Source of the DNA: an uncultured delta proteobacterium
GTDB taxonomy: Bacteria; Myxococcota; Myxococcia; Myxococcales; Anaeromyxobacteraceae
Direction of reading: 5' to 3'
DNA length: 64,000 nt
Assembly: GCA_963766715.1 (NCBI GenBank)
Contig: CAVYBH010000013.1
Coordinates: 160,001 to 224,000 of the forward strand
Shown: piece by piece, positions 30,931-43,846 of the stretch
How the letters are laid out: every line of letters begins with the position of its first letter
How positions within the stretch are numbered: position 1 is the stretch's first letter
Notes under the pieces: model-generated
What the model was told of the DNA's origin: nothing
The model's database searches: none
What the model saw: only the letters and a program-made list of their open reading frames with translations
Program-made: the position numbers and the translations under genes

Positions 30931-32030
30931 CCCGCGAAGAGCTCACCCACCGGAAGCGGGCCAGCGGCTCGCGCACCCGGACGCGCGTCCGCCTGGGCGG
31001 AAGCTCGCGCGACGAGGTCCGCGCCCGGCTCGACCGGCTCGTCGAGTTCGCCCGGGGGCACCACAAGGCCCTCATCCTCACCCACGACAATCCCGACCCG
31101 GACTCGCTGGCGTCGGGCGTCGCGCTGGCCTGGCTGCTCGAGCAGACCGCCGGCGTCGAGGCGGTGGTGGCCTACGGCGGCATCGTCGGCCGGGCCGAGA
31201 ACCGGGCGCTCGTGAAGGTCCTTCGGCTCCCGGTCGTCCCGCTCTCCCGCGTGGTCTTCGACGACTACGACCTCATCGCCATGGTGGACACGCAGCCCGA
31301 GCAGGGGAACCACTCCCTGCCGGCGGCCCACTTCCCGGACGTGGTCATCGACCACCACCCCGAGCGGCCGGAGACCCGGCTCGCGGTGGTCGCCGACGTG
31401 GGGCGCGACACCGGGGCCACCTCCACGGTGGTCACCGACTACCTGCGGGCGAGCGGCCTCCCGGTCCCCTCCGCCATCGCCACCGCCCTCTTCTACGGGA
31501 TCAAGTCCGACACGCGGGACCTGGAGCGGGAGACCACCGAGCCGGACGTCGAGGCCTACCTCTGGCTCTTCCCCAAGGCCGACTCGCAGGCCCTCTCCCA
31601 GATCGAGCACCCGCGCCTCCCGGAGGACTACTTCCGGCTCTTCCACGCGGCGGTCGAGAAGGCGCGCATCCACGGCGACGCGGTGCTCTGCGATCTCGGC
31701 AAGGTCTACTATCCCGACCTGGTCGCCGAGGTGGCCGACCGGTTCCTGTCCATGGGCGACGTGAAGTGGTCGCTGGCCGTCGGGGAGTACCGCAGCAGCC
31801 TCTACTTCTCGCTGCGCACGCGCGACCGGCGCATGAACGCCGGCAAGATGATCCGCGAGATCATCGAGGCGCACGGCGGGGCGGCGGGCGGACACGGGTC
31901 GATGGCGGGCGCACGCCTCCCGCTCAAGCGGATGCCCGCGGCGGCCCGCAAGCGCCTCCTCCAGGGGATCTTCCGCTCGTTCCTTCGCGAGTTCGGCGAG
32001 CAGGGCTCCCGTCCGCGCCGGCTGGTGTGA
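30927..32030 (+). CDS. DHH/DHHA1 phosphoesterase
   Basis: HDNPDPDS, VDTQP, IDHH, GIKSDT, GGHGSMAG. Confidence 0.9.
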   Translation: MTREELTHRKRASGSRTRTRVRLGGSSRDEVRARLDRLVEFARGHHKALILTHDNPDPDSLASGVALAWLLEQTAGVEAVVAYGGIVGRAENRALVKVLRLPVVPLSRVVFDDYDLIAMVDTQPEQGNHSLPAAHFPDVVIDHHPERPETRLAVVADVGRDTGATSTVVTDYLRASGLPVPSAIATALFYGIKSDTRDLERETTEPDVEAYLWLFPKADSQALSQIEHPRLPEDYFRLFHAAVEKARIHGDAVLCDLGKVYYPDLVAEVADRFLSMGDVKWSLAVGEYRSSLYFSLRTRDRRMNAGKMIREIIEAHGGAAGGHGSMAGARLPLKRMPAAARKRLLQGIFRSFLREFGEQGSRPRRLV

Positions 32031-33169
32031 CCTACCTCGATCACAACGCGATCACGCCGGTCCGCCCGGAAGCCGCGGCGGCGGTGGCCCGCGCCCTCTC
32101 GGCCTTCGGGAATCCCTCCTCCGTCCACGCGGCCGGACGCGAGGCGCGCGCCCTCCTCGACGAGGCGCGCGCGCAGGTGGCCGCGGCGCTCGGCGTGGCC
32201 GGGCGCGACCTCGTCTTCACGTCCGGCGCCACCGAGTCGGCCACCCTCGCCATTCGCGGGGTGCTCGGCGCCGCCCCCGAGGGACGGACGGCGCTCGTCG
32301 TCACCGCGGTCGAGCACCCCTGCGTCCTCGACCTGGCCCGCGACCTGGCGCGCCACGGCACCCCGGTGCAGGTCGTGCCCGTGGACCGCGCGGGCGTGGT
32401 GGACCTGGAGGTCCTCCGGCACGCCGTCACCCCCGAGACCGCGCTCGTCTGCTGCATGCTCGCGAACAACGAGACCGGCGTCCTGCAACCCGTCGCCGAG
32501 GCCGCCGACCTGGCCCACGCGGCGGGGGCGCTCCTCTTCTGCGACGCCGTCCAGGCGGCCGGCAAGATCCCCGTCGACCTCCCCTCGCTCCGCGCCGACC
32601 TCGCCGCCATCACCAGCCAGAAGTTCGGCGGCCCGCGGGGGGCGGGCGCGCTCTGGATCGCACCCGGCGTGCGCCTCGCGCCGATCGCCGGCGGGCACCA
32701 GGAACGCGGGCGGCGGGCCGGGACGGAGAACCTCCCGGGCCTCGCCGGCATGGGCGCCGCCCTCGAGGCCGCCACGGCGGGGCTCGCCGCCGAGGGGGAG
32801 CGCATCCGACGCCTCCGCGACCGGCTCGAGGCCGGACTCCTGGCGGCGGTCCCGGGCGCCCGGGTGAACGGGCTCGGCGCGCCCCGGCTTCCGAACACCC
32901 TCTCCATCACGCTTCCGGGCGCCGACGGCGAGGCCCTCCTCATCGCCCTCGACCTCGAGGGCATCTGCGCCAGCGCCGGCGCCGCCTGCACGTCCGGATC
33001 GACCACGCCGTCCCACGTCCTCTCCGCGATGGGGCTCTCGGTGGGCGAGGCCCGGGCCACGCTCCGCCTCTCGCTCGGCTGGAGCAGCACCGATGCCGAC
33101 GTGGATCACGCGCTGCGGGTCATGCCGGTCCTCGTGGCCCGCGTCCGCGACGCGCTCGCCGCGCCCTGA
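32027..33169 (+). CDS. Cysteine desulfurase (IscS/NifS type)
   Basis: YLDHNA, GNPSSVH, FTSGATE, ANNETG, SQKFGGP, RAGTEN, SAGAACTSG. Confidence 0.92.
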   Translation: MTYLDHNAITPVRPEAAAAVARALSAFGNPSSVHAAGREARALLDEARAQVAAALGVAGRDLVFTSGATESATLAIRGVLGAAPEGRTALVVTAVEHPCVLDLARDLARHGTPVQVVPVDRAGVVDLEVLRHAVTPETALVCCMLANNETGVLQPVAEAADLAHAAGALLFCDAVQAAGKIPVDLPSLRADLAAITSQKFGGPRGAGALWIAPGVRLAPIAGGHQERGRRAGTENLPGLAGMGAALEAATAGLAAEGERIRRLRDRLEAGLLAAVPGARVNGLGAPRLPNTLSITLPGADGEALLIALDLEGICASAGAACTSGSTTPSHVLSAMGLSVGEARATLRLSLGWSSTDADVDHALRVMPVLVARVRDALAAP

Positions 33170-33222
33170 TCTCCCCGCGGTCGCTTGCGCTCGACCCGGG
33201 CCGCGCACATGAAACGCGCCCC

Positions 33223-35399
33223 ATGCCCACGCGCTCCGGCTCCGCCGCGGTCCTCCTCGCCATGACGATCCTTCCCCTCCCCGTCCCCGCCGCCGCTCCG
33301 GCCGCCGCCGCCGCCCGCCGCGGCACCGGTTGCCGCCGCCGCCGCAACGGCCGCCCCCGTCGCTCCGCGCCGCGCCCACGTCTCGACCTGGCACGGCGAG
33401 GCCGTGAACGACCCCTGGTTCTGGCTTCGGGAGAAGGAGAACCCCGAGGTGCGCGCCTACCTCGAGGCCGAGAACGCCTACACCGAGGCGATGACGAGGC
33501 CCGTCGCCGCCTTCGCGGCCTCCCTCTACGACGAGATGCTGGCGCGGGTGAAGCAGACCGACCTGGGCGTGCCCCAGCGGCGCGGCGCCTTCTGCTACTA
33601 CCAGCGCACGGTCGAGGGGCTTCAGTACCCCATCCGGGCGCGGCGCCCCGTCGAGAAGGATTGCTCCTGCGGCGAGACGGCCCCGGAGGAGGTGATCCTC
33701 GACCTGAACGCGCTCGGGAAGGGGAAGCCCTTCATCGCGCTCGACGCCTTCTCGGTCAGCGACGACGGCAAGAAGCTCCTCTACTCCACCGACGACACCG
33801 GGTTCCGGCAGTTCGACCTCTTCGTGAAGGACCTCGGCACGGGCGCCGTCACGGGCCCGCTGGCCGAGGCGGGTGACGGCCGCGGAGTGGGCGGCCGACT
33901 CGGCGACCCTCTTCTTCACGACCGAGGACGCCACGACGAAGCGCTCGGACACGGTGTGGCGCCTCTCGCCGGGGACCGAGCCGGTGCGGCTCTTCGAGGA
34001 GAAGGACGAGCTCTTCCGGGTGGGGCTGGGCCGGACGAAGGACCTCCGCTACCTGGCCGCCGTGTCCATGTCGACCGATTCCTGGGAGACGAGGGTCCTC
34101 GACGCCCGGACGCCCGGCGGCTCCTTCCGCGTGATCGTCCCCCGCAAGAAGGGGCTCAAGTACGACGTGGAGCACCGGGACGGCGTCTTCTACATCCGCA
34201 CCAACGACGGGGCGAAGGACTTCCGCCTGGTGACCGCCCCGGTCGCGAACCCGGCGATGAAGAACTGGAAGCCCTTCCTCCCGGCGCGCCCCGGCGAGAA
34301 GATCGTCGACGTCGAGCCCTTCCGCGACTTCCTCGTCGTGACCACGCAGGAGGCCGGCCTCCCGCGCTTCCGCGTCCACGACTTCGCCCGGAAGGCCTGG
34401 GGCGAGATCGCCTTCCCCGATCCGGTCTACGTGGCGAGGGGCACGCCGCTCCAGGAGTTCGACACCGGCGCGTTCCGCTACCGGTACGAGAGCCTGGTGA
34501 CCCCGCCCACCGTGTTCGACGAGGACCTCGCGACCCACGTCCGGACGCTGCGGAAGCAGGATCCCGTGCTGGGCGGCTACGACCCCGCCCGCTACGTCTC
34601 GGCCCGCCTGTGGGTCACGGCCCGGGATGGGGCGAAGGTCCCGGTGTCGGTCGTCCACCGGAAGGGCGTGGCCCAGGATGGCACGGCCCCGCTCTGGCTC
34701 TACGGATACGGATCCTACGGCTACGGCATGCCGGCCGGGTTCTCGTCGTCCCGCATCTCGCTGCTCGACCGCGGCGTCGTCTTCGCCATCGCGCACGTCC
34801 GGGGCGGCGACGAGATGGGAGAGGCCTGGCACGACGACGGCATGCTCCTGAAGAAGCGGAACACCTTCCACGACTTCGTCGACGTGGGCGAGGCGCTCGT
34901 CCGCGACCGCTTCACGTCGAAGGATCGCCTGCTCATCGAGGGCGGCAGCGCCGGCGGCCTGCTCATGGGGGCCGTGGTCAACGAGCGGCCCGACCTGTTC
35001 CGGGCGGTCCACGCCGCGGTCCCCTTCGTGGACGTGATGAACACCATGATGGACGCCAGCCTGCCTCTCACGGTGGGTGAGTATCTGGAGTGGGGAAACC
35101 CGAACGAGAAGGCGGCGTTCGACTACATGCGGTCGTACAGCCCGTACGACAACCTGGCCGCCGGGGCCTACCCGGCGATCCTCGTCACGACGAGCTTCAA
35201 CGACAGCCAGGTCATGTACTGGGAGCCGGCCAAGTACGTGGCGAAGCTCCGCACCCTGAAGACCGACGCGAACCCCCTCCTCCTGAAGACCAAGCTCGAC
35301 CCGGCCGGGCACGGCGGGGCGAGCGGTCGCTACGACGCGCTGCGGGACCGGGCCTTCGAGGTGGCCTGGATGCTCTCGCAGGTCGGGATCGCGAAGTAG
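33223..35399 (+). CDS. ptrB: Oligopeptidase B (S9A), probably exported; frameshifts near 33330 and 33870
   Basis: DPWFWLRE, LYGYGSYG, HVRGG, GGSAGGLL, DSQVMYWEPAK, AGHGG; start codon uncertain. Confidence 0.9.
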
Positions 35400-35411
35400 C
35401 TCCGCTATCGC

Positions 35412-35440
35412 TTGACAGGGGCCTTCCCGGCCCCTACGAT
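35412..35440 (+). promoter_or_regulatory. Sigma70 promoter upstream of 6S RNA
   Basis: TTGACA-17 nt-TACGAT. Confidence 0.75.
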
Positions 35441-35498
35441 CCATCTATCAAACTTCTCGTGATTTCGAGAGGTTATCGCTCTTTCTGCATCTCGACCT

Positions 35499-35685
35499 GC
35501 CCCCTGCTGGGTTCGTGATTGGCTTCGAGTCGTTTGGGCCGACTCTGAACAAAGAGGAGCACCTGGTCTCGTTCATGTGCAAGCTCCCATGCTTCAAGGG
35601 AGAAGCCTACGCGCGGGACTTCGACGTGCCCCACCTGTAGCAATACAGGTCCAAGCAACCGAGCCACACGGCCTGCGCGGGGGGC
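35499..35685 (+). ncRNA. ssrS: 6S RNA
   Basis: About 187-nt non-coding stretch with complementary ends (GCCCCCTGC..TCGTG..TGGCTTCG / CGAGCCACACGG..GCGGGGGGC), followed by a T tract, immediately upstream of ygfA as in the classic ssrS-ygfA arrangement. Confidence 0.85.
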
Positions 35686-35700
35686 TCTTTTTTCTTCCGC

Positions 35701-36303
35701 TTGCCCTCCGACCCGACCTCCGCCGCCGTCCGGAAGCACGCGCTCCGCGAGCGGATGATCGCCGCGCGCTCGAGCCTGTCCCCGGACGAGCGCGCCGCCG
35801 CCTCCCGCGCCATCGCCTCCCGCCTCGAGTCCCTTCCCGCCTGGTCCGGAGCCCGGACCGTGGCCCTCTACGCGTCGATGGGGGCGGAGGTCGACACCGC
35901 TGGGCTCGCGCTCCGCGCCACGTCGGAGGGGAAGCGGGTCGTCTGGCCCAGGCTCTCTCCGTCGGGGAAGGCCATGGACTTCGCCGCCTGCCCGGCCTCC
36001 GACCTGGTGGCCGGACCGGCCCGGACGCTCGAGCCGCCCCCGACCGCCCCCTCGGTCCCGGCCGGCGAGATCGACCTGGTCGCCGTCCCGGGAGTCGCCT
36101 TCGACGCGCGCGGGGGCCGGCTGGGGCGCGGCCGCGGTCACTACGACGCGACCCTCGCCCGGATCCGGCCCGGAGCGTTCCGCGTCGGCCTCGCCTTCGA
36201 GTCCCAGGTCGTCCCGGCCGTTCCGGCCGAGCCCCACGACGAGCGGCTCGACGCGGTCGTCACCGAGGCGCGGCTCCTCCTGGCCGCCGGCGGTCCCGGT
36301 TGA
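35701..36303 (+). CDS. ygfA: 5-formyltetrahydrofolate cyclo-ligase
   Basis: KHALRERM, VALYA...EVDT, VPGVAFD..GGRLGRGRGHYD, EPHD. Confidence 0.92.
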   Translation: MPSDPTSAAVRKHALRERMIAARSSLSPDERAAASRAIASRLESLPAWSGARTVALYASMGAEVDTAGLALRATSEGKRVVWPRLSPSGKAMDFAACPASDLVAGPARTLEPPPTAPSVPAGEIDLVAVPGVAFDARGGRLGRGRGHYDATLARIRPGAFRVGLAFESQVVPAVPAEPHDERLDAVVTEARLLLAAGGPG

Positions 36304-36337
36304 CACCTGCCCGGGCGCGTGCGGAGATCCCGCCCCC

Positions 36338-37132
36338 TTGAAACTCCTCTTCCTCGGCGACGTCTTCGGAAAGCCCGGCCGCACGGCCGTGAAGCGGCTC
36401 GTGCCGCGCCTCATCTCCCGCCACGGGATCGACCTCGTGGTGGCGAACGCGGAGAACTCGGCCAACGGCGTGGGGGTGACCCCCGAGACGGCCGACGAGC
36501 TGCTCTCCGCCGAGGTGAACCTGCTCACGAGCGGCAACCACATCTGGGCCAAGCGGGAGATCGTCCCCTACCTGGAGGCGAAGGGCTCGAGGCTGCTCCG
36601 CCCGGCCAACTACCCGCAGGGCGCGCCCGGCCGCGGCCACGCCGTGGTCGAGACGCCCGACGGGCGCAAGCTCGGGGTGGTGAACATCGAGGGACGGGTC
36701 TTCATGAAGGACCTCGACGACCCGTTCCGCGCCGCCGACCGGCTGGTCGCCGAGCTGAAGTCGCAGGGGTGCAAGGCGATCCTGGTCGACATGCACTGCG
36801 ACGCCACCAGCGAGAAGAACGCCATGGGCTGGTACCTCGACGGGCGGGTCTCGGCGGTGCTCGGCACCCACACGCACGTGCAGACCGCCGACGCGCGCGT
36901 GCTGCCGGGCGGCACGGCCTTCGTCACCGACGTGGGGATGTGCGGCCCCTGGGACTCGGTGATCGGCGTGAAGAAGGAGCTCGTGCTCGAGCGCTTCCTC
37001 ACCCAGCGCCCGGTGCCGTTCGAGCCGGCCCGGCGGGACGTCTGGCTGCAGGGCGCCATCGTGGACATCGACGAATCCACCGGGAAGGCCCGCTCCGTCG
37101 AGCGGGTCCAGGAAAAGGACGAGGAGCAGTGA
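36338..37132 (+). CDS. ymdB: YmdB/TIGR00282 metallophosphoesterase
   Basis: [41 protein letters not shown]. Confidence 0.9.
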   Translation: MKLLFLGDVFGKPGRTAVKRLVPRLISRHGIDLVVANAENSANGVGVTPETADELLSAEVNLLTSGNHIWAKREIVPYLEAKGSRLLRPANYPQGAPGRGHAVVETPDGRKLGVVNIEGRVFMKDLDDPFRAADRLVAELKSQGCKAILVDMHCDATSEKNAMGWYLDGRVSAVLGTHTHVQTADARVLPGGTAFVTDVGMCGPWDSVIGVKKELVLERFLTQRPVPFEPARRDVWLQGAIVDIDESTGKARSVERVQEKDEEQ

Positions 37133-37134
37133 GG

Positions 37135-38389
37135 ATGGCACTGGGCGACCCGAGGCTCCGCAGCGCGACCCCCGAGGAGCAGTTCCGCGAGGTGACGCGC
37201 GGCATGGTGGACCTGCACGTGGAGAAGGATCTCCGCGAGCGGCTGCAGAAGTCCTACGACACCGGGGTTCCGCTCCGCGTGAAGGCCGGCTTCGACCCCA
37301 CCGCGCCCGACCTCCACCTCGGCCACACCGTGCTCATCTCCCGCATGCGCCGGTTCCAGCAGTTCGGCCACACCGTCATCTTCCTCATCGGCGACTTCAC
37401 CGGGATGATCGGGGACCCCACCGGGCGCAACGCCACCCGGCCGCCGCTCACCCGCGAGCAGATCCTCGCCAACGCCGAGACCTACAAGAAGCAGGTCTTC
37501 AAGATCCTCGACCCCGCCGAGACCGAGGTCCGCTTCAACTCCGAGTGGCTCGGCCCCATGACGTTCGCCGACGTGGTGCGGCTGGCCAGCCGCCACACCG
37601 TGGCCCGCATGCTGGAGCGGGACGACTTCAAGAAGCGCTACACCGGCAACACCCCCATCTCGATCCACGAGTTCCTCTACCCGCTCGCCCAGGGATACGA
37701 CTCGGTCGCCCTGAAGTGCGACATCGAGCTCGGATCCTCCGACCAGCTCTTCAACCTGCTCGTCGGACGCGCGCTCATGCACCAGTACGGGCTCACGCCG
37801 CAGATCGTGCTCACCGGCCCCATCCTGGAGGGGCTCGACGCGAAGCTGGACCCGGCCACCGGCAAGATCGACGGCGACAAGATGTCCAAGTCGCTCGGCA
37901 ACTACGTCGGGGTCGCCGACGCGCCCGAGGAGCAGTTCGGCAAGCTCATGTCGGTGTCCGACGACCTCATGTGGCGCTACTACGAGCTGCTCTCGGCACG
38001 CACCAGCGCTCGAGATCGCCGCGCTCCGCGCCGGGCACCCCAAGGCCGCCAAGGTCGCGCTCGGCAAGGAGATCGTGGAGCGCTTCCACGGGGCGGAGGC
38101 CGCCCGGCAGGCCGAGGCCCACTTCGAGCAGGTCCACGCCCGGCGCGAGACGCCGGAGGACGTCGCCGAGGTGGCGCTGTCGCTGGCGGGGCAGGCCTCG
38201 ATCCCCCTGGCCGCGGCGCTCGCCGACGCGAAGCTCGCCTCGTCCCGCAGCGAGGCCCGCCGCCTCGTGTCGCAGGGCGGGGTGACCGTGAACGGGGAGC
38301 GGGCCAGCGATCCGCAGGCGCCGCTCGGCGCCGGCGAGTACCTGGTCAAGGTGGGCAAGCGCCACTTCGCCAGGCTTCGCCTGGGCTGA
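37135..38389 (+). CDS. tyrS: Tyrosine--tRNA ligase (frameshift near 38005)
   Basis: [28 protein letters not shown]-terminal S4 domain [14 protein letters not shown]. Confidence 0.96.
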
Positions 38390-38391
38390 CC

Positions 38392-39577
38392 CTACCCGGC
38401 CACGGCCCGCACGCGCACCCCGTCGGCCACCTTGTCGCCGGGGTGCACCAGCACGACCTCGGACGGGGCGAGCCCATCCAGCACCTCGAAGACCGTCCCG
38501 CTCCCGTCGCCGACCCGGATCTTCCGGAGCCGGGCCACCCCACCCTCCACCGCGAAGACGGCCCAGCCGCCCGCGTGGCGGAAGAGCGCGCCGGCCGGGA
38601 CGCGGAGCACGTCCGCCTTCTCCGCGACGACGATGCGGCCGTCGGCGGCGTAGCCGTCGGACAGCGGCGCCCACGCGCCCGGCGCGGCCGGATCCGCGAG
38701 GACGTACACGCGCTGCTCTTCCACGCCGAGCGCCGAGACCTTGGTGAACGCCGAGGGCTCGACGAGCCGGACCCGTCCAGGAAGGACGCGGTCGCCTCCC
38801 CAGTTCACGAGGTCCACCCGGTCGCCGGGCTTCACGCGGACCGCGTCGGTCGTGAGGAGGTCGATCCGCAGCTCGACCCGGAGGGGATCGCCGACCTCGA
38901 GGAGCGGCGCTCCGGCCGCGACCGGACCCTCGCTCTCCTGGAGGACCCGCAGCACCCTCCCGGCGGCGGGCGAGCGAACCGGGGTGCCGCCCACGCCGTG
39001 GCCGCCGCGGGCCTCGAGGAGCGCCGCCGTGGCCTGGGTCTCGCGACGGGCGCGCTGCAGCGCCGCACCGGCCATCTCCGCCGCGTGGCCGGCCTCCTCC
39101 GCGGCCGACTCCGCCGCGTCCAGGTCCCGCGGGGTCGCGGATCCGCCGGCGGCGAGCGACCGCACCCGGTCCCGCTCCCGCCCGGCCTGGCTGGACGCGT
39201 GGACGGGCGCGCTCCTGGGCCGCCTGGGCCTCGACCTCGGCTGCTCGCGCCGCTGCCAGCCGGGCCCGGAGCTCGCTGCGGGTGCGGTCGTCGATGGGGG
39301 AAGGCGTGCTGGGGAAGACCGTGCCGACCACCTGGCCGGCCCGGACCTCGTCGCCGGCCCTCAGGGCCGTCCGATCCAGGTGGCCGTTCACCGGCGCCGC
39401 GATCACGAAGCGGTCCCGCACCCGGACCTTGCCTGGCCCCTCCACCGTCACCTGCATGGGCCCGCGCGTCACCGGTGCGACCTCGACCTCCAGCGCCCTC
39501 GGCCAGAGCGCCACGGCCGCTCCCGCGATCCCCAGCGCGGCGACGGTGGCGTACGCGATGACTCGCCTCGTCTTCAT
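38392..39577 (-). CDS. Efflux membrane-fusion (periplasmic adaptor) protein (frameshift near 39200)
   Basis: N-terminal TM anchor, [30 protein letters not shown]. Confidence 0.85.
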
Positions 39578-39581
39578 GCGC

Positions 39582-41943
39582 TCACTCCTTCGCCTTGAGG
39601 ACCGAGACCAGGTCGAGCCGGCCCAGCCAGGAACGCGACCACAGGGCCACCGTGGCGCCCGCGAGCAGCACGACTCCCGTGGCGGCTGCCGCGTTGGCCC
39701 GGGTGATCACGGCCGGGAGTCGCATCAGGTCGGATGCGGTCGCCGCCGCGGTCAGCTCCACGAAGCCCCATCCGACCAGCCATCCGAGGGGAACGCCGAG
39801 GAGGACCTGCACGACGAGCTCACCCAGCGAGAATCCGCCAGACCTCGCCCCGGGTGAACCCGATCACGCGCAGCGTCGCGAGCTCGCGCTCCCGCTCCGC
39901 GAGGGCCAGGCGCGCGCCGTTGTAGACCACCCCCACCGCGATGACGACGGCGAAGAACGTGAGGAGCCCGGTGAACCAGAGCAGGCTGTCCTCCAGCATC
40001 CGCTCGACGGACCTGCGGGTCGCCTCGCCCAGCGCGACTCCCGCCACGCGGGGCATGCCGAGCAGGCGGCGGTACAGGTCGGCGGTCGCCGCCGGGTCGG
40101 TCGAGAGGAAGGCCCCGGACGCGAGCGCGCCGTCGCCGGCCATGCGGTTCAGGACGCCTCGATCCATCACCGCCTGCACGCCCATCAGGTCGTCCACCAG
40201 CGCGACCACCGGAACCTCGGCGCTCCGGCGCGCGCCCTCCTGGAACTCGAGGCGGACCGGATCTCCCGGACCCACCCGCAGCCGCCCGGCGAGATGCCGG
40301 CTGAGCAGGAGGCCCCACGGCGGCACCTCGACGCTCCCGCGGCGGACGTCCACCACCTGGTGCAGGCGCGATCCGGGATCGAGCCCCAGGACCGCCGTGC
40401 GGTAGCTCCTGTGCCCGGAGCGCAGCGTGGCGGGAAGGGCCCGGAACGCCTCGGCGTCGATCACGCCGGGGAGCGATTGGAGCTCCCGGATCGCCCGGGC
40501 GTCGAGCGCACGCGCGAACTGGACGGCGGCATCCTCCCTGGCGACCCGCCCGAACTGGTGCTCCACCAGCACGAGGGAGGCATCGCGGGCGAAGGCCGCC
40601 ACCATCGTGCAGCCCACCGCGGCGCCGATCCCCACCGCCGAGAGGGCTGCCCGGACCGGGCGGCGCTCCAGGTCCCGCAGCACCATCCGGCCGACGGGCG
40701 GGAGGATCCGCCCCAGCCCCATGCGCTCCGCCGGGCCGGGGCGGAAGGTCGGCGGCGCCTCGGGTCGCATCGCCTCGGCCGGGGCGAGCCGGACCGCGCG
40801 ACGGACGGCACCGGAGACCGCGGCGAGCGCCGCGAAGGCCGAGAGGACCACCCCGAGGAGCGCGACCCCGGGCTCGACCTCGTAGAGGATGACCGGGAAG
40901 CGGTAGTAGCGGGCGTAGAGCCGGGCGAGCGCCTCGCCCATCCAGTACCCGCCGCCGATCCCCACGGCGGCCCCGATGGCCACCAGCACGAGCGCGAGCG
41001 ACGCGAAGTGCCGCCCCACCTGGCCGTTTCCGTAGCCGAGCGCCTTGAGCGTCCCGATCTGCATGCGCTGGGTGGCCACCAGGCGGGAGAGGACGAGCGC
41101 GAGCAGGAAGGACGCCACCCCCAGGATCACCACCGGGATGGTGGTGGCCATCACCCGCAGCTGCGAGATCTCGTCCGTCACCAGCCGGTGCGACGTCTGC
41201 AGCTCCCGGCCGTAGGCTCCCCTGCCTCCGTAGGGCAAGAGCAGCCGGTCGATGGCTGCGATGACTGGCGCCTCCGCGGCGCCGGGCGCCAGCCGGACCG
41301 CCAGCGAGTTGAAGGCTCCGGTGAGGTCGAGCGCCGCGGCGAGCGCCTCCCTCGACATCCAGAGGACCCCGTAGTGCACGTCGTCGTTCAGGATGCCGCC
41401 TGGACGCACGGTGAAGATCTGCTCCGGCGAATCCCCCGATGCCCACGATCTGGAGCGCCTTCCAGCGCCCGTCGATGACCGCCGAGATCCGGTCTCCGGG
41501 AGCGAGCCGGTTGGCGATCGCGAAGCTCTCGCTCGCCACCACCTCGCCGGAGGCGCCGGGCGCCACCGACCGGCCCTGACGGATGTGCAGGCGGTCGAGC
41601 CGCGGCTCGCCGTCGTCGGGGACCGAGCGCAGCAGGGCGCTGGCCGGCTCGGGCAGTCCGGGGACGTCCAGGAGGACGTCGAACACGACCCGGGTCTCGG
41701 CGATCGCGACCCCGGGCAGCGCGGCGATCCGGCCGGCCACCGGCTCCGGGGCACGCGTCAGCTCGACGAAGAGGTGCGGGAACCGGTGGGACTCGTAGAG
41801 CGCGTCCTGGGTTCGCTGGAGGGCCCGCCAGGTCGACACGGAGGCGACGAAGGTGGCGACGGCGCAGGCGACCAGCGACGCGATGGCGATGCCCTGCCCG
41901 CGGGTGCGCGCCAGGTCCCGCCAGAGCTTTCGCTGGAGCGCCG

Positions 41944-41947
<4 letters not shown>
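39582..41947 (-). CDS. ABC exporter permease with two FtsX-like repeats (frameshifts near 41435 and 39830)
   Basis: [42 protein letters not shown]. Confidence 0.85.
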
Positions 41948-42657
<710 letters not shown>

Positions 42658-42757
42658 GGCGGTCCCCCCTTCCGGGCCCTCCACCTCCCGTCACGCTACG
42701 CCCTTCCCGGTCGGCCTCGGGCGGCGATTTCGGGGGGAACCCGGACCGGGCCCCTCT

Positions 42758-43357
42758 TCAGGCCTTGAAGTCGCGCCCGACCACGTAGACCTCGAAGCTT
42801 CGCTCCCGGGTGGCCTCGGGGCGAACGACGTCGACCTTCCCGAAGTGGGCCCTCATCTCCTTCTGGAAGATGGGGAAGTCGCCGCCCATGAAGACCTTCA
42901 CGACGAAGGCCCCCCCGAGCTTGAGGGTGTCGCCCGCGACCGACAGCGCCATGCGCGCCAGCTCGAGCGACCGGGCCTCGTCGGTGACCTTCACCCCGAT
43001 GGTCTTCGGCGCCATGTCGCTCGTCACCAGGTCGAACCGGCCGGCGTGGATGGCGCGGATCCGGTCCAGGGCGTCCGGGGCCAGCAGGTCGACCACGGCG
43101 GTCCTCACCCAGGGCTGGGGGAACCGATCCATGGCCACGATGTCCACCCCGAGGGCGACCCCCCGCGGCCCCACCACCTCGGCCAGGATCTGCAGGAATC
43201 CACCCGGCGCGGCCCCCAGGTCGAGCACCGAGCCGCCCTTGCCGAGCAGCTTCTGCCGGCGGAGGATCTCCTCGATCTTGAAGGCCGACCGGGCCCGGAA
43301 GCCCTGCTCCTTGGCCTTCTGGTAGAATCAATCCTTGGGGTCGTAGGGCTTTGCCAT
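42758..43357 (-). CDS. rlmE: 23S rRNA Um2552 methyltransferase with an in-frame TGA at codon 10
   Basis: MAKPYDPKD*FYQKAKEQGFRARSAFKIEEI, LDLGAAPGG, SDMAP, FVVKVF, SFEVY in one frame. Confidence 0.9.
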
Positions 43358-43435
43358 GTCCGTGCCGTTCGCCGCTCTCCATACCCCATCCCGGCCCGGC
43401 GGGCGCGGGGGAAGCGCCGGGATCCCGCCCCTTGA

Positions 43436-43813
<378 letters not shown>

Positions 43814-43846
43814 CGCCCGGCGCGCGAGAGCGCGAACCGCATCCCC

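Noticed and set aside
36300..36330. TTGACA at the ygfA stop as an internal promoter
   Set aside because: No credible -10 hexamer at 16-18 nt spacing
36319..39561. 1080-aa ORF containing TyrS
   Set aside because: Off-frame extension on both sides of a frameshifted tyrS
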